Of a stretch of DNA of 32,000 bases, positions 26,644 to 32,000 are shown one piece after another. The DNA comes from Psychrobacter cryohalolentis K5 (GTDB taxonomy: Bacteria; Pseudomonadota; Gammaproteobacteria; Pseudomonadales; Moraxellaceae). The first letter of the stretch is position 1; each line of letters starts with the position of its first letter. Where the stretch lies: NCBI RefSeq assembly GCF_000013905.1, contig NC_007969.1:2580001-2612000 (forward strand), read 5' to 3'. Under the pieces are notes generated by a model. That model ran no database searches. It was not told where the DNA came from and was given only the letters and a program-made list of their open reading frames with translations. The position numbers and the translations under genes were made by a program.

Positions 26644-29600
26644 CTAGCTTTTAATTTTACAGACTTTAAAGCCAAGCTCTTGTACTGCTGCTTCTTTATC
26701 ATAAGGCGCTAATACCGCGCGGACATGCTTTTGCCCTTGTAGGTATTGCTTAGCAACGCGCTGCAAGTCAGCCACGGTCACAGCCAATATTGACGCGCGC
26801 ATTTTACGCTGCCAGTCGACGCCGCGATGATGCAAATCTGCAAAGCAGGCTTTAACCGCCTCCCCTGCTGGAGAGCCTGGCTTATCCATTCCTGAGATAA
26901 TACCTAAGATGGCTTCTTCTAACTGCTCGTCCGTTTGCGGCTCATTCAATAGCCACTCGATACTGGCATCAAAATGGGCAAAAGTTTCAGCACACTGCGG
27001 GTCACGGTAGCTAAAGAACTTAAAGGCACAGGCATTGGCATCGTAGCCCGCACCGCCGCCATAAGCACCGCCGCGCTCACGAATAGCGCTATGCAGATAA
27101 CCATTGCGTAGATAAGGCGCGAGTACCATTAGAGCTGCTGTATCAGGATGATCAGCCGCTGGCACGGTATAAGCACTGGCATTATGATAGACATTGGTTG
27201 GAACCAGCCATGCCAAGTCTTCAACATCGAGCGCCACATCACTTTCTAGCGCTTTGACCGCATCTGTTTCGCCATTTAATGCCGCATCTAGTTGCAATTC
27301 GGCAAACTCACTTGGGATATTGTCTTCAATACTCGCATCAGAATTTTTTAACTGAGCTGCAATCTTTGGCGCTTGACTGTCTTTCCAGCTATCAACGATT
27401 AAATTGCTTAAGCGTTCAGTTTGCTCCGCTTCACAGATGATAACCGCGTGCTTAGGCAAACTAATTAAACGCTGATGTAAGTCCATCAAACTGGTTGCTA
27501 ATTTATCCCACTGTGCGTCATCGCTACTGGCATGGGTTAAGAAGTCTTTTAATGCATTCAATGCTGGTAGACCGCTGCGCACATATTCTAGCTGTGCTTG
27601 ACGACTCATACCACGACTGGCAGTTTGCATCGCATAAGAATGACCTGAACCAGCAAGGTTTGATTGCCAGCCTGCTTGACGCTGCTGCAAGATTTCTTTG
27701 ATACGATCATGCTCACTAAAAATACTGTGTTCCATGACTTCTTTGAGCAAATCAATCGCTTCAGGTTTACGATTCAGCGCGCGCGTTGCCACGACGAAAT
27801 AGCTGCTAATCGCTTGGCTGTCATCGACATTGGTACGCTGACTAACACGCGCCGTCACCCCTGATGAATGCGCCGCTTGTTTGGCCTGCATTTCATGGGC
27901 ACTAAGAGAATCTGTACCTAGCTCTGATAACAAGCTTAAATAAATAGGCAATAACGGATGATTAATTACTTCATTAACGGGTAGCTCTTCATTCTTATTC
28001 TTACCAACCTCATCGGTCAACGGTACGATGATTTGATAATAATACAAGCCGTTAGTGCCCGCTTCATATTCGAATAAGGTGCTCTCTTTGCCGCTTAAAT
28101 TTACTTGTTTTTGCGTGCCTTGTTTAAAGCTGATATCGGTCGGTACGTCTTCTAGACCTACTTTTGGTAATAAGCTTAAATCATCAGGCGCTGCTTGGCG
28201 CACTGCCAAATCAAGCGCTTGTTGTTTTAAGATAGCTTTATCATCAGTGGTCAAATCCATCTCGATGGTATCAAGACGAGTCTGCTCAGCTGCTGCCAAA
28301 CGGGCTGTTTTTTCACTATCAGGCGTCATTGTGACGCGCACACGATGCTGATTATCAAGCAAATGAGTCTTGATTAAATTCGGTAACCATTGCGCATCTT
28401 TTACTTGTTCACGCAGCCATTGTAAATGCTCATCAACTTCCCAGACATCGATAGGATTACCATCATGAATCGCGGTACTAAAGCCTTCTAGCATGAGATT
28501 TAGACCATACGGCATACTATCACCGCCGATATGGCGCTGATCTATCTCAATTTGATGCAAGATGGTTTCAATGGTTTCATCATCGATTGGTTTGCTCGCG
28601 ACCTCTTTAAGCAAATCCATAATACCCTGCTCTACCGCTTCGGCATGCTCAGGGTTTGAGCCGCGTAGACCGGTATAAAAGACCATTTCATAATGGCTGT
28701 CATCAAGCCCTAATAATGGACTTGGTGCTTTGCCTAGTGGATGGCTATCCAGATACGCACGTAACGGCGAGCCAGCATGTTCAATCAATACACCTTCTAA
28801 AAGACGTAGTGCCAAACGCTGCTTGGGATCAGTAATCGATGGTAATAACCACGCCACCACATGATGGGTTTGATCAGGGCCGGCTTCGTCAGCGGTATAG
28901 GTATCGACCGCACTAATCGGCGCAGACAAACGCTGCTCTGGACGCGAAACATGTTTTTTACCTGCTTCAAACTGAATCAAAGCATCGTCATGGATTTTGG
29001 CTTGGGTTTCAGCGACTGGAATATTACCAAAGCTCATAATCACACTGTTTGACGGATGATAGTGGCTTTGATGGAAGTCAACCAGCTCATTATGAGTCAA
29101 GTCTGGGATATCAGCAGGATCACCGCCCGAATTATAGTGATAGGTCGTTGTTGGGAACAGATGATGGGCGACCGTATGATACAACTGGTCAATCTCGCCA
29201 CTCATTGCGCCTTTCATTTCATTAAAAACGATACCCTTAAATTGCGGCTTGTCATTTTCGTCTAACTCAACACGGATGCCTTCTTGGGCAAAATCAAGCG
29301 GGTGAATATTGGGGAAAAATGACGCATCAAGATAAACGGCAAGCAAATTAAAGTAGTCGTTTTTATTTTGCGTGGCATACGGATACGCTGTCCAATCGGC
29401 AGCGGTCATCGCATTCATAAAGGTATTTAACGAACGCTTAATCATCGAAAAGAACGGGTCGCGTACGGGGAACTTTTCAGAACCACATAAAGCCACGTGC
29501 TCTAGAATATGCGCCTCACCTTTTGAATCCATCGGCTGGGTACGAAAGCCGACCAAAAAGGCATTTTCATCACTCGGATGCGCCAAGTGATAATGCATCG

Positions 29601-29721
29601 CTCCGGTTTTGATATGCTGACTGATCAGCACATCCATCGATAATGCATCGATATGGCGGTGCTCAATCAGCTCAAAGGCAGGATGCAGGGTTAAATCAGC
29701 AGTAAATAGCGTGTCAGTCAT
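26644..29721 (-). CDS. M16C-family zinc metalloprotease (presequence protease PreP-like insulinase)
   Basis: Inverted zinc motif HILEH (encoded at 29497-29511), the distal Glu region VFNEMKG, and the C-terminal FFSYRDP motif characteristic of PreP-type enzymes. 1025 aa. AAGGA Shine-Dalgarno. Confidence 0.88.
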   Translation of the reverse strand: MTDTLFTADLTLHPAFELIEHRHIDALSMDVLISQHIKTGAMHYHLAHPSDENAFLVGFRTQPMDSKGEAHILEHVALCGSEKFPVRDPFFSMIKRSLNTFMNAMTAADWTAYPYATQNKNDYFNLLAVYLDASFFPNIHPLDFAQEGIRVELDENDKPQFKGIVFNEMKGAMSGEIDQLYHTVAHHLFPTTTYHYNSGGDPADIPDLTHNELVDFHQSHYHPSNSVIMSFGNIPVAETQAKIHDDALIQFEAGKKHVSRPEQRLSAPISAVDTYTADEAGPDQTHHVVAWLLPSITDPKQRLALRLLEGVLIEHAGSPLRAYLDSHPLGKAPSPLLGLDDSHYEMVFYTGLRGSNPEHAEAVEQGIMDLLKEVASKPIDDETIETILHQIEIDQRHIGGDSMPYGLNLMLEGFSTAIHDGNPIDVWEVDEHLQWLREQVKDAQWLPNLIKTHLLDNQHRVRVTMTPDSEKTARLAAAEQTRLDTIEMDLTTDDKAILKQQALDLAVRQAAPDDLSLLPKVGLEDVPTDISFKQGTQKQVNLSGKESTLFEYEAGTNGLYYYQIIVPLTDEVGKNKNEELPVNEVINHPLLPIYLSLLSELGTDSLSAHEMQAKQAAHSSGVTARVSQRTNVDDSQAISSYFVVATRALNRKPEAIDLLKEVMEHSIFSEHDRIKEILQQRQAGWQSNLAGSGHSYAMQTASRGMSRQAQLEYVRSGLPALNALKDFLTHASSDDAQWDKLATSLMDLHQRLISLPKHAVIICEAEQTERLSNLIVDSWKDSQAPKIAAQLKNSDASIEDNIPSEFAELQLDAALNGETDAVKALESDVALDVEDLAWLVPTNVYHNASAYTVPAADHPDTAALMVLAPYLRNGYLHSAIRERGGAYGGGAGYDANACAFKFFSYRDPQCAETFAHFDASIEWLLNEPQTDEQLEEAILGIISGMDKPGSPAGEAVKACFADLHHRGVDWQRKMRASILAVTVADLQRVAKQYLQGQKHVRAVLAPYDKEAAVQELGFKVCKIKS

Positions 29722-29827
29722 GGTTATCCTTATGCATTAATTACTTCAGTATCATCTTAGCCAATAACCAAGGTATGAAATCGATATCAGCAATTAAAAT
29801 AGTAAAATTTATATTTATAAAAAGATC

Positions 29828-29858
29828 GCTTTGAATAAACAATTAAAGTTATCAAAGC
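29828..29858. promoter_or_regulatory. Imperfect inverted repeat GCTTTGA(A)TAA-N10-TTATCAAAGC in the PreP/usp divergent region
   Basis: 10-bp arms with a single-base bulge, ~105 nt upstream of the protease start on the minus strand. Confidence 0.2.
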
Positions 29859-30084
29859 CTCATAGGTCATCTTCGAATTGAATGGCATTTATCAGCTAAA
29901 AAGAATTTGCCTAACGACAGTAGATGGGGCTAATACGCTAGTAAGTCAAGACAGTGGGTGGAGAAAAACACTAAGTCATCAAGAATAACGGATAAAGATA
30001 GCGCCCGATTTAACAAAGCCTACTTAACAGCAGTCATTAGTAGTGCTATAGTTAAAATCATCTGCCACAAGGAAGGAGCCGCTC

Positions 30085-30546
30085 ATGAGTTACCAACATA
30101 TTTTATTGGTCACCGATTTACTATCCGATGCTGACTTGGTTGCTCAAAAAGCCAAGCGTATCGTTGATAATCGTCCTGACTCCAAATTATCGGTATTACA
30201 TATCGTAAAAGATACCATGGTTGGCTTTGGCTACGAGCTGGTGCCTGCCTCAAGCTTATATGATGAGATTGATGATGAGCGTTGCCAAGAAGCGCGTGCG
30301 AAACTGGCGCAGTTTTTGGATCGTAATGACTTACATGTGGTCAACTCTGAAGTGACAACTGCCATCTCAAATAGTGAAGGTATTGTCAACTATTGCCATA
30401 AGAATGACGTTGATTTATTGGTTATTGGTCGTCATGAACGTCATGGGATAGCAGCTTGGCTTAGTGGCGCAACGGCAGATAATATCTTGCCAAATGTACC
30501 TTGTGACAGCTTAGTTGTGAGACTTGATAAGCCCGTTAATAAATAA
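30085..30546 (+). CDS. Universal stress protein (UspA family)
   Basis: 153 aa with HILLVTDL...LLVIGRHERHG...SGATADNILPNVPCDSLVV, typical of the Usp alpha/beta fold. Strong GGAAGGAG Shine-Dalgarno. Confidence 0.85.
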   Translation: MSYQHILLVTDLLSDADLVAQKAKRIVDNRPDSKLSVLHIVKDTMVGFGYELVPASSLYDEIDDERCQEARAKLAQFLDRNDLHVVNSEVTTAISNSEGIVNYCHKNDVDLLVIGRHERHGIAAWLSGATADNILPNVPCDSLVVRLDKPVNK

Positions 30547-30605
30547 GTGTAAGCATAGAATTAATACAGTCGATACTAAATAAGGTGAATGCACTTTATT
30601 ATAGG

Positions 30606-30681
30606 GCGAAACTGGTACAAATTTTTCTTGCTTGCTGTGGCTGCGCCGACAGAGGCTACAAAAAATTTATTCCAGTTTCGC
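30606..30681. repeat. Long inverted repeat (21-bp arms, 33-nt spacer) between the convergent usp and LysR genes
   Basis: GCGAAACTGGTACAAATTTTT (30606-30626) versus AAAAATTTATTCCAGTTTCGC (30661-30681). 19 of 21 positions are complementary. The GC-rich spacer has its own small stem CTGT...ACAG. Confidence 0.7.
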
Positions 30682-30716
30682 TATATTTTTTAATACGGAA
30701 TTGACTATAGCTACCT

Positions 30717-31658
30717 TTAAACACGATCCTCTTGAATAATATCAATAAAGCTTTGCCAAATCGGGCTTTGATGGCGCGCTTTATGCCATACCAGCCACCA
30801 TGTACGTGACAAATCAATTCCTGCAACCTGTACTTGTACCAGCTTCCCTGTTGCAAGCTCTGCTTCAATGACGTGCTGTGACAGGCACCCAAGTCCAATA
30901 TCAGCGCTGACCATATGCTTAATCGCCTCCGACTGCTGTATTGCCATAATCACCTCAGCATTGGGCAAATGCTGCAATAATTGCTCATCGATGATCTGCC
31001 GCGTACCAGACCCCGCTTCTCGTACCAATAGTGGCAGCATTGATAGTTGCTCAATACTCAGCTCATAGCAATTATTTGCATCGTTATAATAACCTACATC
31101 GGTCAACCATTTGCTGTTGTGTTTAGCAAAAATCATCAAAGTATCAGTGCGCCACACGTGCTGCTCAATCACCTTCATATCTACTGGGCGCGGCATACCT
31201 TCGACTAAAGCAATATCAATATTTAGTTGTTCAACCTCTGCTACTACCTCTTGAGTATTGGCAATATACATATCAACATCTGCATCTGGCAGTGCCTCAT
31301 AGAGCTTGGCAAGCAGCGGCGGCAGTACGTAATTGCCAATGGTGGTACTAGCACCAATATGGATCTGCCCTGCTTGGTGCTTATGATAATGTTCTAGTGT
31401 CAACGACTGCCCTAAGATAGCTTGAGCTTGTATATAAATAGGATGGGCATTGGGATGCTGATTGAGCCTACGCCCAACGCGCTCAAACAATGGCATTTGC
31501 AGCCTTGCTTCTAATTCTGTCAACGCACTACTGACCGCCGACTGCGATAAATGCAGCACTTCACTGGCACGACTGGTACTACCTGTTTGATAAATACTGA
31601 CAAACACTGATAATTGTTTGAGAGTAATCTTTGGTAATCCCTGCATGGCTTTTTTCAT
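30717..31658 (-). CDS. LysR-family transcriptional regulator, YeiE-like
   Basis: N-terminal HTH (ITLKQLSVFVSIYQTGSTSRASEVLHLSQSAVSSALTELE) and IGASTTIGNYVLP resemble E. coli YeiE as recalled. It is divergent from a membrane-protein gene. Confidence 0.85.
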   Translation of the reverse strand: MKKAMQGLPKITLKQLSVFVSIYQTGSTSRASEVLHLSQSAVSSALTELEARLQMPLFERVGRRLNQHPNAHPIYIQAQAILGQSLTLEHYHKHQAGQIHIGASTTIGNYVLPPLLAKLYEALPDADVDMYIANTQEVVAEVEQLNIDIALVEGMPRPVDMKVIEQHVWRTDTLMIFAKHNSKWLTDVGYYNDANNCYELSIEQLSMLPLLVREAGSGTRQIIDEQLLQHLPNAEVIMAIQQSEAIKHMVSADIGLGCLSQHVIEAELATGKLVQVQVAGIDLSRTWWLVWHKARHQSPIWQSFIDIIQEDRV

Positions 31659-31840
31659 AATTTCTCTGACATCCTATCTTATTGATGCAATCTAAAAACC
31701 ATCTGTTATTTTAAAAATCCTCTATTATCTAAAAAACTATCTTTTTAACCCTAAGATTTTCTATTAACCTATAAAATCGATAATTTGTATCTAATTAATC
31801 TGTTTTTATTATAGATTGGTCTATCTTATAATGTCTATTC

Positions 31841-31856
31841 ATAAGCTTATGCTTAT
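31841..31856. promoter_or_regulatory. Palindrome ATAAGC-TTAT-GCTTAT, a possible LysR-type box, in the divergent promoter region
   Basis: 6-bp perfect arms, 30 nt upstream of the 31886 start and just downstream of a TATAAT hexamer at 31827-31832. Confidence 0.3.
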
Positions 31857-31885
31857 TTCGATTATAAACAATAGGACAGTCAGTC

Positions 31886-32000
31886 ATGTACGTCTTGACC
31901 CAATCAGTGAACAACTATTTTCCACGCAGCCGCCATCTAGCAGGGCTCATCGTCGTGCTGATTGGCAGTTTATTTTGTTTATGGCTCAATACTAGTGTAA
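31886..32000 (+). CDS. Membrane protein, 3'-truncated by the window edge (possibly YeiH/UPF0324-like)
   Basis: The open frame MYVLTQSVNNYFPRSRHLAGLIVVLIGSLFCLWLNTSV... runs off the window and includes a hydrophobic segment. The family guess rests only on the yeiE-yeiH-type divergent arrangement. Confidence 0.35.
   Translation, partial: MYVLTQSVNNYFPRSRHLAGLIVVLIGSLFCLWLNTSV

Noticed and set aside
1008-29590. Many 60-142-aa ORFs in the track lie inside, or antisense to, the large genes. Examples: 1008-1196, 2141-2359, 3505-3705, 4158-4550, 5147-5329, 6352-6630, 7495-7740, 7855-8282, 8734-9148, 10777-11364, 11712-12215, 12890-13285, 14837-16191, 17488-18387, 18762-19553, 20729-20950, 21947-22411, 23715-24285, 24613-24828, 25995-26518, 27495-29590, 30868-31068.
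   Set aside because: Each is nested in another frame or strand of a gene with strong motif-level support. They have odd composition (Cys/Arg/Ser-rich or low-complexity) and no Shine-Dalgarno that I could see. They are the expected by-products of long ORFs, and I found no evidence for genuine overlapping genes.
30656-30898. An 80-aa minus-strand ORF overlapping the 3' end of the LysR gene and the inverted repeat.
   Set aside because: It overlaps the well-supported LysR CDS in another frame and runs into the hairpin element. It has no Shine-Dalgarno and no recognisable motif.
1-32000. Mobile element, prophage, genomic island, CRISPR, toxin-antitoxin or known defence-system content, and tRNA or rRNA genes.
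   Set aside because: No integrase, transposase, recombinase, phage structural, Cas, nuclease/helicase/ATPase defence hallmark or small paired toxin-antitoxin ORFs were seen. I found no terminal inverted or direct repeats bracketing a gene block and no obvious compositional break by eye. No tRNA-like T-arm or acceptor pattern was noticed in the intergenic regions. The gene content is housekeeping and shows some conserved synteny, for example coaBC-radC.

Overview
This window looks like ordinary chromosomal backbone from an AT-leaning gammaproteobacterium. Protein similarity recalled from memory suggests Moraxellaceae, Psychrobacter-like, but that is inference and was not searched. I support 27 protein-coding genes, two of them cut by the window edges. 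They are the methionine ABC importer metN-metI-metQ, an aldo/keto reductase, the cytochrome c maturation genes ccmABCDE, a same-strand trio (unknown protein, YbjN-like protein, HDAC-family deacetylase), two TauE/SafE-family permeases, coaBC divergent from radC, a long fadE, a DAACS-family symporter, nhaA, a DUF2236/MpaB-like protein, two Nudix hydrolases flanking an HPP-family membrane protein, a secreted beta-lactamase-fold serine hydrolase, a ~1025-aa PreP-like M16C metalloprotease, a universal stress protein, and a YeiE-like LysR regulator divergent from a truncated membrane protein. Five clear Rho-independent terminator hairpins separate the transcription units. By eye I found no rRNA, tRNA, CRISPR array, integrase, transposase, phage gene or recognisable defence/toxin module. 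I therefore do not claim a convincing novel multi-gene system. The things most worth a second look are: (1) a ~57-residue His/Asp/Cys-rich insertion inside CoaBC; (2) the uncharacterised trio at 7.4-10.5 kb; (3) a ~168-aa low-complexity C-terminal tail on FadE; (4) a ccmABCDE-only cluster with unusually large internal gaps; (5) a MetN lacking the regulatory NIL/C2 domain; and (6) several exact palindromes and direct repeats in intergenic regions. All functional calls come from reading the supplied translations and motifs. No database search was run.
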